Below are positions 9,441 through 19,066 of a DNA stretch of 64,000 nt, piece by piece. This DNA is from an uncultured Alphaproteobacteria bacterium. Its GTDB lineage: Bacteria; Pseudomonadota; Alphaproteobacteria; SHVP01. The notes under the pieces are model-generated. The model was not told where the DNA came from, ran no database searches, and worked only from the letters and a program-made list of their open reading frames with translations. Location of the stretch: NCBI GenBank assembly GCA_964350495.1, contig CAYGKG010000003.1, positions 4,825 through 68,824 of the forward strand, read 5' to 3'. The position numbers were made by a program, and so were the translations under genes. Positions within the stretch are counted from its first letter, which is position 1; each line of letters begins with the position of its first letter.

Positions 9441-10109
9441 TCAGAAGTCGAGGTCCGCATAGTGCTTCGGCGGTGCGAGGCCCGGAATGTGATCTGCCAA
9501 CAAAGTGCGAAAGCTCGGTCGCGATTTGACGCGCGCGTACCAATCCTTGGCCGCCTCGTGGCCGGACCAGGGAACATCGCCCAGGTAGTCCACACAGGAT
9601 AAATGAGCCGCAGCAGCAACGTCGGCGAGCCCGAAATCGTCGCCGGCCAGCCAGTTCCGGCGCTCCGTCAGCCAACCGATATAGTCGAGATGGTAGCCCA
9701 GGTTCTGCTGGCCCGCCCGGATCGCGCCGGAATCCGGGTGCCCCATTCGCATGAATCGCTTCAGGACTTTCTCGTCGACAACGTTACGGGTGACTTCTTC
9801 AAAGAACTTGCCATCGAACCACGCGACCAGACGGCGCGTCTCGGCGCGCGCGCGGGCATCGAAGCCGATGAGCGGACGGTCCGGGTAACGCTCGTCAAGG
9901 TACTCGCAAATCGCGTTGCTGTCGGCCAAAGCGATCCCCTCGTCGTCGACCAGAACCGGAACCTGGCCGGCGGGGTTCAGCGCCAGAAACGCTTCAGGAC
10001 GCTCCCAATACTTCTCGAAAACGAGATTGAACGGGACGTCTTTCTCCCCGAGTACGACGCGTACCTTGCGGCTAAACGGACATAGCCAAAAATGATGAAG
10101 GGCCAGCAT
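9441..10109 (-). CDS. Glutathione S-transferase family protein
   Basis: 222 aa with a thioredoxin-like N-domain (LCPFSRKVRVVL..., NPAGQVPVLVDD) and a helical C-domain. Confidence 0.85.
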   Translation of the reverse strand: MLALHHFWLCPFSRKVRVVLGEKDVPFNLVFEKYWERPEAFLALNPAGQVPVLVDDEGIALADSNAICEYLDERYPDRPLIGFDARARAETRRLVAWFDGKFFEEVTRNVVDEKVLKRFMRMGHPDSGAIRAGQQNLGYHLDYIGWLTERRNWLAGDDFGLADVAAAAHLSCVDYLGDVPWSGHEAAKDWYARVKSRPSFRTLLADHIPGLAPPKHYADLDF

Positions 10110-10155
10110 CGTCCTTCAGCTTACCACGCTTGTGCCTGACCGGTTCGCCGCAGGA

Positions 10156-13100
10156 TCAGTCGCTCCCGGCTGATTCAAGCGCGTCCTCGCCGTCGACGAG
10201 CGGATGCTCGAGAGCCGCCGCAATTTCGTTGGGGACGACCTGCCAGAAATTACCGATCTCGAGATCCCAGTGGATCAGCAGATCTTCGGCAAAGGTCGAT
10301 CCGGTTTCGGCCACATGCTCCTCGACGAGCTCACGGCAAACCCGATCCCAATGGGCCGACTGGATGCGTTGATGGATCACATGCTCGGTGTTGACGTTCT
10401 GCTCGAACGTTCCCTCGCGGTCGTAAACGAATGCCATGCCGCCGGTCATTCCCGCCGCAAAGTTGTCGCCGACCGGGCCAAGGATCACCGCTGTACCCCC
10501 CGTCATGTACTCGCAACCGTTCGAACCGCATCCTTCGACAACCACCCGCGCGCCCGAATTGCGCACCGCAAAACGTTCGCCGGCTTGACCGGCAGCAAAC
10601 AGTTTTCCGGACGTCGCCCCATACAGCACGGTATTCCCGATAATGGCATTCTCGTTGCTGGCAATCGGCGCCGACGGTACCGGTCGCACCACGATGGTAC
10701 CGCCAGAAAGCCCTTTGCCGACGTAGTCGTTGGCGTCGCCCGAGACCACAAGCTTCAATCCCTGGAGCGCAAACGCACCCAGAGACTGCCCGGCCGACCC
10801 GCGCAACTGGACCGTAATGTGGTCTGGCGTCAGTCCGTCAGGTCCGAAACGGCGAACCAGTTTGGAGGAGAACCGCGTGCCGATCGCGCGGTGAGTGTTG
10901 CGAATGCTGTAGGCGAGCTGCATTTTCTCGCCGCGGTCGAAGACCTCATGCGCATCCTTGATCATCTGCGCGTCCAGCGTATCGGGAACCTCGTTGCGCC
11001 CCTCGATCGAAAAGACCCGCGGGCTATCGCCCGGATCGGCCTGAACGAGCAACGGATTGAGATCGAGATCGTCCAGATGCTCGGCCCCGCGACTGACTTG
11101 GAACAAGAGGTCCGTGCGACCGACGATTTCATCCAACCGGCTATAGCCGAGGCCTGCCAGAATCTCGCGTACCTCTTGGGCGATGAAGCTCATCAGGTTG
11201 ACCACCTTCTCGGGCGTCCCTTCGAACTTCGCCCTAAGGTCTTCACGTTGCGTGCAGACCCCGACCGGGCAGGTGTTCGAGTGGCATTGGCGGACCATGA
11301 TGCACCCCATTGCGACGAGGCCGGCCGTGCCGATCCCATATTCCTCGGCGCCCATCATGGCGGCGATCACAACGTCGCGGCCCGTCTTGAAACCGCCGTC
11401 GACCCGCAGCTTAACGCGATGCCGCAGGCGGTTGAGGGTCAAGACCTGGTTGACCTCGGTCAGGCCCATTTCCCATGGCACCCCTGCATATTTGATCGAC
11501 GACTGCGGGCTGGCGCCTGTGCCGCCCGAATATCCGGAAATCATGATGACGTCGGCCTTGGCCTTGGCGACGCCCGCCGCAATCGTCCCGATTCCCGCCT
11601 CCGCCACCAGCTTCACGTTGACCAGCGCGTCCGGGTTGATTTGCTTCAAGTCATAAATGAGCTGAGCAAGATCCTCGATCGAATAAATATCGTGATGCGG
11701 CGGTGGCGAGATCAGGGTGACGCCGGGGGTCGAGTGCCGAAGTTTGGCGATCAAAGACGACACCTTGAACCCCGGAAGCTGACCGCCCTCGCCCGGCTTG
11801 GCGCCTTGCGCGATTTTGATTTCGATCTCGCCGCATTTGTTGAGGTACTCGGCCGTTACACCGAACCGGCCCGAGGCGATTTGCTTGATCTCGGAATTGG
11901 CGTTGTCGCCGTTGGGCCTCGGAGAGAACCGCTCGCGCGCCTCGCCGCCTTCGCCCGAATCGGACTTAGCCCCAATGCGGTTCATGGCGATAGCCAGCGT
12001 CTCGTGCGCCTCGGGACTAAGTGCGCCGAGCGACATGGCCCCGGTGACGAAGCGTTGCCGAATTTTCGTGATGGATTCGACATTGTCGTCGTTGATTGCC
12101 GCACGATCCGAATGAAACTCAAGAAGATCCCTGAGTTGCACCGGCGGCATCTTGTGGACGGCTTCGGCGTACCGGCTGTAAATCTCGTAGGAATCTTTTT
12201 CGAGAGACGTTTGCAACAGGTGAATCAACCGGCCGTCAAACGCGTGAACCTCGCCGTTGTTGCGATAGCGATACAGCCCCCCGACCGGGAGCGTCACGAC
12301 GCCCTGAGCGAAGGCCTTGGCGTGCTGATCGAGCACTTTCTTCTCGATGCCGGGCAGGCCGATCCCCGAAATACGGGAGACCATCCCTGGGAACATCTCT
12401 GCCACGACGGTGCGCGACAGCCCGACGGCTTCGAAGTTGTAGCCACCGCGATAGGACGAGATCACCGCGATACCCATCTTCGACATGACCTTCAGAAGGC
12501 CCGCGTCCACGCTTTCCTTGTAGCGTTCGAGGCAGGTATCGATATCGAGATCGCCGAACAAGCCGCGACTTTGCCGATCGGCAATGGCGGTCTCTGCAAG
12601 ATAGGCATTCACCGTCGTCGCACCGACCCCAATCAGGACCGCGAAGTAATGAACGTCGAGGCATTCCGACGAGCGAACGTTGATCGACGAAAAAGTCCGC
12701 AGGCCCTGTTCGACGAGGTGCGTATGGATCCGACCGGCGGCCAGGATCATCGGCACCGGCGCCCGGGTCGCCGAAACGTTCTCATCGGTCAAGAAAAGAT
12801 GCACTGGGCCGCGCCGCACCGCCTCTTCACTAGCCTGGCGAATTCTGTCGATGGCGTCGCGCAGCGATTCGGTACCGACTTCGAAGGTACAGTCAATTTC
12901 CACAGCCTGAGATCCGAGATGTTCGCGCAAGCGATCCATCTCGGCATAGGTCAGGACCGGGGAGTCGAGCTGCAGAATATTGGTCTGGCTCGAGTCCGTT
13001 TCGAGCATGTTGCCGAGGTTCCCCAGCCGCGTGATCAGGCTCATGACCCGGCGCTCGCGCAGCGAATCGATCGGCGGATTCGTGACCTGGCTGAACTGTT

Positions 13101-14712
13101 GCCGAAAGAAATGGTGCAGGCCCCGGTAACCGCTCGACAGAACGGCGAGCGGCGTGTCATCGCCCATTGACCCGGTCGCTTCCTTCCCGGTTTCGACCAT
13201 CGGGTGAAGGAGTAGCTCGACCTCCTCCAGCGTGTGGCCGACGAGAACTTGGCGACGGCGCAGGTCGGCGCGATCGATGGCGGGCGTCGCTGCCTTGCCG
13301 GCGATTTTCTTGTCCAGCCGACGGATGTTTTTCGCCCATTCCTCGTAAGGATGGGCCGCGGCGAGACGGCCTTTGATCTCGCGGTCGTGGTAGAATTTCC
13401 CTTCGGCGAGATCGACGGCGATCATCTGACCAGGCCCGATACGACCCTTTTCGATCACCGAATGCTCGTCAATCGGTACCATTCCGGTTTCCGACCCAAC
13501 GAATAGCAGGCCGCGATCGGTCAGCGTATAGCGCAACGGCCGCAGGCCGTTTCGGTCCATTCCGCCGACCACCCAACGCCCATCTGTCGCCGCGATCGCG
13601 GCGGGGCCGTCCCACGGCTCCATGACCGCATTGCAATAGGCATACATCGCCCGTTGTGCCGGCGGCATATGCGACTTGTTCGACCAGCTTTCCGGGATCA
13701 ACAGCGTTTTGACCGACGGTGCGTCGCGGCCGGCACGGACCAGCAACTCGAACACCGAATCGAGCGCCGCCGAATCGGAACTCCCCGCCTGGACGACCCG
13801 CTTCATGTCTTCGCCGTAGGCACCGAAGTATTCCGAGATCATGCGGATCTCATGACTCTTCATCCAGTTGACGTTGCCCTTCAGCGTATTGATTTCGCCG
13901 TTGTGCGCGAGGGTGCGGAACGGCTGCGCAAGCTCCCAGGTCGGAAACGTGTTGGTCGAATAGCGCTGGTGGAAGATCGCAAAGTTCGAGACGAACCGTT
14001 CGTCGAGCAAATCGGGATAGAAGTTCGTGAGCTGCTCGGCCAGGAACATCCCCTTGTAGATGATCGAGCGGCACGACAACGAGCACATGTAGAAGTTCCG
14101 AACCTGCGCCTCGATCACGCGGCGTTCGATCCGCCGTCGGATGACGTAGAGGTCGCGCTCGAACTCTTCTTCGGACGCGCCGCGTCCGTTGGCGATCATG
14201 ATTTGCTCGATCTCGGGACGCGTTGCGTTCGCGACTTCGCCTACGATGGAGGCATCCACCGGCACCTGCCGCCAGCCGTAGATTCGGTGGCCAAAGCGGA
14301 GAATTTCGGTTTCCACGATGGACCGGCACGTCTCCTGGCCGCCAAAGTCGGTCTTCGGGAGAAACACTTGGCCCACGGCCAACAGGCCCTTTGACGGCTC
14401 GTGGCCGGTCCGGGCAACGTGGCGCTTGAAAAAGTCCTGTGGGATTTGGACATGGATGCCGGCACCGTCGCCGGTCTTCCCGTCGGCGCCGACCGCGCCA
14501 CGGTGCCACACCGCGCGCAGGGCATTGATGGCCGCTAAAACGACCTCGCGCTGCGGCCGGCCGTCAACCGACGCAATAAAGCCGACGCCGCACGAAGCGT
14601 GTTCGTCCGCAGGGTTGTAGAGGCCGTGTGCGGCGAGGTGTTCGGCGTTCTCAGACCACGCTTTGACGAACGCGGCGCCGGCCTGGTCTTTTTCCGTCTT
14701 TGCCTTTGTCAT
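10156..14712 (-). CDS. gltB: Glutamate synthase (NADPH) large subunit
   Basis: About 1518 aa. The N-terminal amidotransferase domain has the processed Cys in EHASCGVGF, followed by the FMN and GXGXG C-terminal domains. Start taken at ATG 14712 (MTKAKTEK), which has GGAGG 5 nt upstream. Confidence 0.95.
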   Translation of the reverse strand: MTKAKTEKDQAGAAFVKAWSENAEHLAAHGLYNPADEHASCGVGFIASVDGRPQREVVLAAINALRAVWHRGAVGADGKTGDGAGIHVQIPQDFFKRHVARTGHEPSKGLLAVGQVFLPKTDFGGQETCRSIVETEILRFGHRIYGWRQVPVDASIVGEVANATRPEIEQIMIANGRGASEEEFERDLYVIRRRIERRVIEAQVRNFYMCSLSCRSIIYKGMFLAEQLTNFYPDLLDERFVSNFAIFHQRYSTNTFPTWELAQPFRTLAHNGEINTLKGNVNWMKSHEIRMISEYFGAYGEDMKRVVQAGSSDSAALDSVFELLVRAGRDAPSVKTLLIPESWSNKSHMPPAQRAMYAYCNAVMEPWDGPAAIAATDGRWVVGGMDRNGLRPLRYTLTDRGLLFVGSETGMVPIDEHSVIEKGRIGPGQMIAVDLAEGKFYHDREIKGRLAAAHPYEEWAKNIRRLDKKIAGKAATPAIDRADLRRRQVLVGHTLEEVELLLHPMVETGKEATGSMGDDTPLAVLSSGYRGLHHFFRQQFSQVTNPPIDSLRERRVMSLITRLGNLGNMLETDSSQTNILQLDSPVLTYAEMDRLREHLGSQAVEIDCTFEVGTESLRDAIDRIRQASEEAVRRGPVHLFLTDENVSATRAPVPMILAAGRIHTHLVEQGLRTFSSINVRSSECLDVHYFAVLIGVGATTVNAYLAETAIADRQSRGLFGDLDIDTCLERYKESVDAGLLKVMSKMGIAVISSYRGGYNFEAVGLSRTVVAEMFPGMVSRISGIGLPGIEKKVLDQHAKAFAQGVVTLPVGGLYRYRNNGEVHAFDGRLIHLLQTSLEKDSYEIYSRYAEAVHKMPPVQLRDLLEFHSDRAAINDDNVESITKIRQRFVTGAMSLGALSPEAHETLAIAMNRIGAKSDSGEGGEARERFSPRPNGDNANSEIKQIASGRFGVTAEYLNKCGEIEIKIAQGAKPGEGGQLPGFKVSSLIAKLRHSTPGVTLISPPPHHDIYSIEDLAQLIYDLKQINPDALVNVKLVAEAGIGTIAAGVAKAKADVIMISGYSGGTGASPQSSIKYAGVPWEMGLTEVNQVLTLNRLRHRVKLRVDGGFKTGRDVVIAAMMGAEEYGIGTAGLVAMGCIMVRQCHSNTCPVGVCTQREDLRAKFEGTPEKVVNLMSFIAQEVREILAGLGYSRLDEIVGRTDLLFQVSRGAEHLDDLDLNPLLVQADPGDSPRVFSIEGRNEVPDTLDAQMIKDAHEVFDRGEKMQLAYSIRNTHRAIGTRFSSKLVRRFGPDGLTPDHITVQLRGSAGQSLGAFALQGLKLVVSGDANDYVGKGLSGGTIVVRPVPSAPIASNENAIIGNTVLYGATSGKLFAAGQAGERFAVRNSGARVVVEGCGSNGCEYMTGGTAVILGPVGDNFAAGMTGGMAFVYDREGTFEQNVNTEHVIHQRIQSAHWDRVCRELVEEHVAETGSTFAEDLLIHWDLEIGNFWQVVPNEIAAALEHPLVDGEDALESAGSD

Positions 14713-16171
14713 TGCTGCCTCCGCGTTCGGAACGAACCGGTTCCTTCGGTTGGTTGACGACCCTGTCTTGCAGGAACGAATGAATGGATGCTGCCGCGTC
14801 GCGTCCATCGCGCACGGCCCAGACGACCAAGGAGGCGCCGCGGACGATGTCGCCCGCCGCAAAGACACCGTCCAAGTTCGTCATCTTGGTCTTGAAGTCG
14901 ACGCCGACCGTTCCCCATCCTGTAACGCTGAGACCCGGTTCGCCAAACAGGGTCGGCAGGTCCTCGGGATCGAAACCCAGGGCCTTGATCACAAGGTCGG
15001 CCTCGATCTCGTGGGAAGACCCTTCGACGATCTCGGGCGTTTGGCGGCCGGTCGCATCGGGAGCGCCGAGGCGGATGCGAACCGCCCGCACACCGCGGAC
15101 GACGTCGTCGCCGAGGTATGCCTCCGGCGCGGTGAGCCAAACAAATTCGACACCTTCTTCCTGGGCGTGTTCAACCTCGCGCATCGAGCCTGGCATATTC
15201 GTACGATCGCGCCGGTAGAGGCATTTGACCGACGTGGCACCCTGGCGGATCGCGGTACGAACGCAATCCATCGCCGTATCGCCACCGCCTAGAACCACAA
15301 CTCGTTTTCCCTCGGCGTTTAGCGCGCCGCTATCGAATTCCGGGACGACATCGCCGAGGCCTTTTCGATTGGAAGCGGTCAAGAACGTCATCGACTGAAT
15401 GATGTTCCCAAGTCCCACACCCGGTAGCGCGGCATCGCGCGCTTTATAAACTCCGGTCGCAATCAGGATTGCAGCGTGTTTGTCCCGCAGTTCCTGTAGC
15501 GTCGCGTCGCGGCCGACTTCAAAGCCCAGCTCGAATCGAACCCCACCATCCTTAAGCAGCTCGGCGCGGCGCCGGACGATTTCCTTTTCCAGCTTGAAGT
15601 TGGGAATGCCGTAGATCATCAAACCGCCGACACGGTCGTAGCGATCGTAAATGACGACCTGATAGCCCAGCCGACGCAGCTCCTCAGCCGCCGCCATGCC
15701 GCCGGGGCCGGCGCCGACAATGCCGACCGATTCATCGCGCTCAAGGACCGGCGTTGGCGGTTTGACCCAACCCTTGTCCCACGCGGTATCGGTGATGTAG
15801 CGCTCGATCGCCCCGATGGTGACGGATTCGAAGCCTTTCTCGATCACGCAGTTGCCCTCGCAGAGCCGATCCTGCGGGCAAATGCGCCCACAGATTTCGG
15901 GCATGTTGTTGGTCGCCGACGAAATTTCATAGGCTTCGTCAAGGCGCCCCTCCGCGGTCATCTTCAACCAATCGGGGATGTTATTGTGCAGCGGGCAATG
16001 GATTTGGCAAAAGGGGACGCCGCACTGGGAGCAGCGCGCCGCCTGCACTGCAGCCTTGGGCCGCAGGAACTGCTCGTAAATCTCCTTGAAGTCATCGGTA
16101 CGCGCTTGGGCGGCCCTTTTGTCAGGGTGCTCCTGTGCGACGTCGACGAATTTGAGCAGGTTCTCAGGCAT
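14651..16171 (-). CDS. gltD: Glutamate synthase (NADPH) small subunit
   Basis: 506 aa with N-terminal Fe-S cysteine clusters (CSQCGVPFCQIHCP, CGRICP...CEGNC) and two dinucleotide-binding folds (VGIVGAGPGGMAAA, VVVLGGGDTAMD). It lies upstream of gltB. Confidence 0.9.
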   Translation of the reverse strand: MPENLLKFVDVAQEHPDKRAAQARTDDFKEIYEQFLRPKAAVQAARCSQCGVPFCQIHCPLHNNIPDWLKMTAEGRLDEAYEISSATNNMPEICGRICPQDRLCEGNCVIEKGFESVTIGAIERYITDTAWDKGWVKPPTPVLERDESVGIVGAGPGGMAAAEELRRLGYQVVIYDRYDRVGGLMIYGIPNFKLEKEIVRRRAELLKDGGVRFELGFEVGRDATLQELRDKHAAILIATGVYKARDAALPGVGLGNIIQSMTFLTASNRKGLGDVVPEFDSGALNAEGKRVVVLGGGDTAMDCVRTAIRQGATSVKCLYRRDRTNMPGSMREVEHAQEEGVEFVWLTAPEAYLGDDVVRGVRAVRIRLGAPDATGRQTPEIVEGSSHEIEADLVIKALGFDPEDLPTLFGEPGLSVTGWGTVGVDFKTKMTNLDGVFAAGDIVRGASLVVWAVRDGRDAAASIHSFLQDRVVNQPKEPVRSERGGSNDKGKDGKRPGRRRVRQSVV

Positions 16172-16256
16172 ACGATCCCCTTCGGTATCGCCAATCTCTT
16201 AGGACTTTTTCGGCGCTTCTGCGAGCCAAATCATAATTATAAGACAGCTTGTTTGA

Positions 16257-16285
16257 CCTATATTTGGTGTTTCCGGGAATTTCAA
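16257..16285 (-). promoter_or_regulatory. Candidate sigma70-type promoter for gltDB (TTGAAA-N17-TATAGG on the minus strand)
   Basis: The minus strand reads TTGAAA (16285-16280), then 17 nt, then TATAGG (16262-16257), inside an AT-rich island about 85 nt upstream of the gltD ATG. This is a motif match only. Confidence 0.3.
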
Positions 16286-16407
16286 GGTGATTCGCCGGTC
16301 CACGGCCCCAATCAGCATACATTTAGTTCCGAAACGATACTATGTGTGGCGCGTTGGCCTGCCGATGTGGGTGTGGTAGCTAGGGCCAGTCGGTCACGGT
16401 AGTTCCT

Positions 16408-17232
16408 ATGACGCTCCTCCAGCTATTCGTCCTCGCCGCGGTCCAGGGCGTCACCGAGTTCCTGCCGGTCAGCTCCTCGGGCCACCTGATTCTGGTGCCC
16501 GCCGTAATCGGTTGGCCAGACCAAAAACTGCTAATCGACGTTGCCGTCCACCTTGGAACCCTGCTCGCCGTCATCGCCTATTTCTGGCGGGATGTCGGCA
16601 CCCTGTTCGCCGGCGCCTACGGGCTGGCGCGCGGGCGGCGGAACACCGCGACCCGGCTATTCTCGCTACTCATGTTGGGCTCGATTCCAGTCGTCATTGC
16701 CGGTGGCCTGCTGGTCGCCTCCGGGCTCGCCGATCAACTTCGCAATCCCGAAATCATCGCATGGACGACCCTTGGCTTCGGCATCGTCCTTTACCTCGCG
16801 GACCGGCTCTTCTTGACTGTCCGCAAGATCGAGCACATGTCGCTCGGCCATGCGGCGCTGATCGGCCTTGCCCAGGTCCTTTCCCTAGTCCCCGGCACCA
16901 GCCGTTCGGGAATCACCATGACAGCCGCGCGGATGCTCGGCTTCGAGCGGGCCGAGGCCGCCCGCTTCTCGATGCTGCTATCGATCCCGACGATCCTTGC
17001 CGCAGGCGTTTTGGTCACCCTTGACGCCGCACAACTTGGCGGCGGCGGCGGCGCGTTGGGCGAGGCGTTCTTTACCGGGGTCTTGGCCTTTGGCGTCGCC
17101 CTGCTGTCGATTGCCGCGTTGCTCGCATGGCTACGCCGCGCCTCGTTCACGCCGTTTGCGATCTACCGCGTGCTCCTCGGCGCCGGCCTTCTGATCTGGA
17201 TCTACCAGTTCGATTCAGTAGGCCTAACCTGA
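16408..17232 (+). CDS. uppP: Undecaprenyl-diphosphate phosphatase
   Basis: 274-aa polytopic membrane protein with the BacA/UppP signature VQGVTEFLPVSSSGHL and PGTSRSG. Confidence 0.9.
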   Translation: MTLLQLFVLAAVQGVTEFLPVSSSGHLILVPAVIGWPDQKLLIDVAVHLGTLLAVIAYFWRDVGTLFAGAYGLARGRRNTATRLFSLLMLGSIPVVIAGGLLVASGLADQLRNPEIIAWTTLGFGIVLYLADRLFLTVRKIEHMSLGHAALIGLAQVLSLVPGTSRSGITMTAARMLGFERAEAARFSMLLSIPTILAAGVLVTLDAAQLGGGGGALGEAFFTGVLAFGVALLSIAALLAWLRRASFTPFAIYRVLLGAGLLIWIYQFDSVGLT

Positions 17233-17246
17233 AGTTTGCGCGCCGA

Positions 17247-18200
17247 CTAGGCCGCGATCGGCCGGCCGCCCTTGCGAAAACGCACAAGGAATCCAGGCAC
17301 GACAGCCTCCACCGGCGTCCCCTCGATACCAAGATCGGCCAGGCCCGGCAGGTCGCCGCAGACGTTGTCCAAGCTCAGCAATTTGACCTGATCGCGGGTC
17401 AAAGGGCCGCCCGGAATCAATTCAGCGACGGCCGCGCCGACGGCGGCAACGGCAAAGGGCACCGGTAAAAGGAGGCGGCGCCGACCGGTGTATTCGATGA
17501 CCAGTTCCATTAACTGCCGGTAGGAATAGGCCCTGGGTCCACCAAGCTCGTAGGTCTTCCCGGCGGTTCCTTCATCGGCCAGACAGCGGGCGATCGCCGC
17601 AGCAACGTCCCCGACATAGACCGGTTGAAACCGAGTCGATCCCGCCTCCGCCACGGAGTTGCCGAACACCGGCAAAAACGGCGAAATCGCCGCGAGCGCG
17701 GCAAAGCGATTGAAGAATTGGTCCTCCGGGCCGAAGACCAAACTGGGCCGAACCACCGTCGCACCGGGGAATTCGGTCGCCGCCGCGGTTTCGCCCTCGG
17801 CCCTGGATCGCGCGTATGACGATGGAGAATCGCCCGATGCGCCGATCGCCGACATGTGGACGAGGCGCTCGGCCCCGCCCATGCGGGCGAGGCGCGCGAC
17901 CCGTCCGGCACCCTGTGCGTGCAGCGCCGAAAAGGTCTGCCGGCCGCTATTGCGCAGCACACCGACAAGGTTCACCACGCCCCACGCCCCGTTTACCGCC
18001 GCCAGAACGGACGTATCGTCGCGAACGTTCACTTGAACCGGGACAATTTGGCCGACATCGCCCAACGGTTGCAGAAAACGCGCCGTTTCCGGCCGCCTGA
18101 CCCCGATCCGGATGCGATGCCCCTGCGCAGCCAGGCGTCGCACCAAGTGCCGCCCGATGAACCCCGAACCGCCAATGACGGTAATCAGTCGGTCGCGCAT
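17247..18200 (-). CDS. NAD(P)H-binding complex I NDUFA9-like SDR family protein
   Basis: 317 aa with N-terminal VIGGSGFIGRHLVRRL, an atypical SDR of the type commonly annotated this way in alphaproteobacteria. Confidence 0.75.
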   Translation of the reverse strand: MRDRLITVIGGSGFIGRHLVRRLAAQGHRIRIGVRRPETARFLQPLGDVGQIVPVQVNVRDDTSVLAAVNGAWGVVNLVGVLRNSGRQTFSALHAQGAGRVARLARMGGAERLVHMSAIGASGDSPSSYARSRAEGETAAATEFPGATVVRPSLVFGPEDQFFNRFAALAAISPFLPVFGNSVAEAGSTRFQPVYVGDVAAAIARCLADEGTAGKTYELGGPRAYSYRQLMELVIEYTGRRRLLLPVPFAVAAVGAAVAELIPGGPLTRDQVKLLSLDNVCGDLPGLADLGIEGTPVEAVVPGFLVRFRKGGRPIAA

Positions 18201-18271
18201 CCAATCCTCCGCTTCATGAATGCGGCGATCTTAACTGCACATGGCAAACGGTCAATGAGTGTGCAGCGCGC

Positions 18272-18300
18272 TTGACACGCCTAGCCGACTCTCTTTACCA
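18272..18300 (+). promoter_or_regulatory. Candidate promoter for tRNA-Leu (TTGACA-N17-TTACCA)
   Basis: A perfect TTGACA at 18272-18277, then 17 nt, then TTACCA at 18295-18300, ending 13 nt before the tRNA 5-prime end. Confidence 0.35.
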
Positions 18301-18313
18301 GTCTCGGCTCTAA

Positions 18314-18400
18314 GCCCAGGTGGCGGAACTGGTAGACGCGCTAGCTTCAGGTGCTAGTGGCCTTCGGGCCGTGGAAGTTCGAGTCTTCTCCTGGGCACCA
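18314..18400 (+). tRNA. tRNA-Leu (anticodon CAG), CCA encoded
   Basis: Hand-folded cloverleaf. Acceptor stem GCCCAGG/CCTGGGC, anticodon stem CTAGC/GCTAG with loop TTCAGGT, a long variable arm (TGGCCTTCGGGCCGT), a TTCGAGT T-loop and a terminal ACCA. Confidence 0.95.
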
Positions 18401-18439
18401 AGTGACGACAAGATCGATCCATACGCAGAGGAGGCCGAT

Positions 18440-19066
18440 ATCGCACCCGCGCCAAAGATCTTCCTGCACCAGAACGATCTTCCTGCGGGCCTCGACCTCG
18501 GTAGGGTCGTCGCGATCGACACCGAAACGACGGGCCTCTCGCTAACCCGCGACAGGCTTTGCCTGGTGCAACTTTCCGGCAACGGCGCAGACTGCCACCT
18601 CGTCCAGTTTCGCCATCCTGCGGACTACGCGGCGCCCAACCTGCGGGCCCTGTTGGCAAACCCGGATGCCCTAAAGTTGTTTCACTACGGACGGTTCGAT
18701 ATCGCGATGCTGAGCCGCCATATCGGCCCGATGGCGGGACCGGTTTATTGCACCAAAATCGCCTCGAAACTTGTCCGCACCTATACTGACCGTCACGGTC
18801 TAAAGGATTTGTGTCGCGAATTGCTCGGCGTCGACCTTTCCAAAGAGCAACAATCGTCCGATTGGGGTGCCGCGGACCTGTCGGAGGATCAAAAGACCTA
18901 CGCGGCCCAAGACGTTCTCTACCTCCATCGGCTGCGTGAGAAACTGGATACGATGCTGAAACGCGAGGGCCGCACGACCCTTGCGCAGTCTTGTTTCGAT
19001 TTTCTACCGATACGGGTGGAACTCGATCGCGCGGGCTGGCCTGAAGACGATATCTTCGCGCATTAA
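18440..19066 (+). CDS. RNase D-like 3-prime-5-prime exonuclease (DEDD, single-domain short form); start codon non-canonical and uncertain
   Basis: ExoI motif VVAIDTETTGL, plus downstream H-x-x-x-FD and Y-A-A-x-D motifs (FHYGRFD, YAAQDVLYL). There is no in-frame ATG/GTG/TTG between the tRNA end and the ExoI motif. An ATC at 18440 has GGAGG (18430-18434) 5 nt upstream and gives 208 aa. Confidence 0.7.
   Translation: MAPAPKIFLHQNDLPAGLDLGRVVAIDTETTGLSLTRDRLCLVQLSGNGADCHLVQFRHPADYAAPNLRALLANPDALKLFHYGRFDIAMLSRHIGPMAGPVYCTKIASKLVRTYTDRHGLKDLCRELLGVDLSKEQQSSDWGAADLSEDQKTYAAQDVLYLHRLREKLDTMLKREGRTTLAQSCFDFLPIRVELDRAGWPEDDIFAH

Noticed and set aside
8306-9619. Longest-ORF starts from the track for several genes: queG 9619, gltB 14868, pyrF 37078, rpsA 32855, trpA frame 38955, rapZ 57459, manX 58367, lptC frame 19917, FYDLN frame 31511, hsp20 26714, addA 46849.
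   Set aside because: The N-terminal extensions overlap upstream genes, are Arg/Pro-rich junk and lack an SD. Internal starts restore the conserved N-termini and give classic ATGA/GTGA/TTGA stop-start junctions or good SD spacing.
10204-13170. Very long antisense ORFs opposite real genes. Examples: 988 aa opposite gltB; 559 aa at 44561-46240 and 384 aa at 46867-48021 opposite addA/addB; 420 aa and 368 aa opposite rpsA; 289 aa opposite lptB; 261 aa opposite rpoN; 333 aa at 8060-9061 opposite queG.
   Set aside because: These are typical shadow ORFs of high-GC DNA. Their sequences are Arg/Pro/Gly/Ala-rich and low in complexity, with no recognisable motifs. The opposite strand in each case encodes a strongly recognisable conserved protein.
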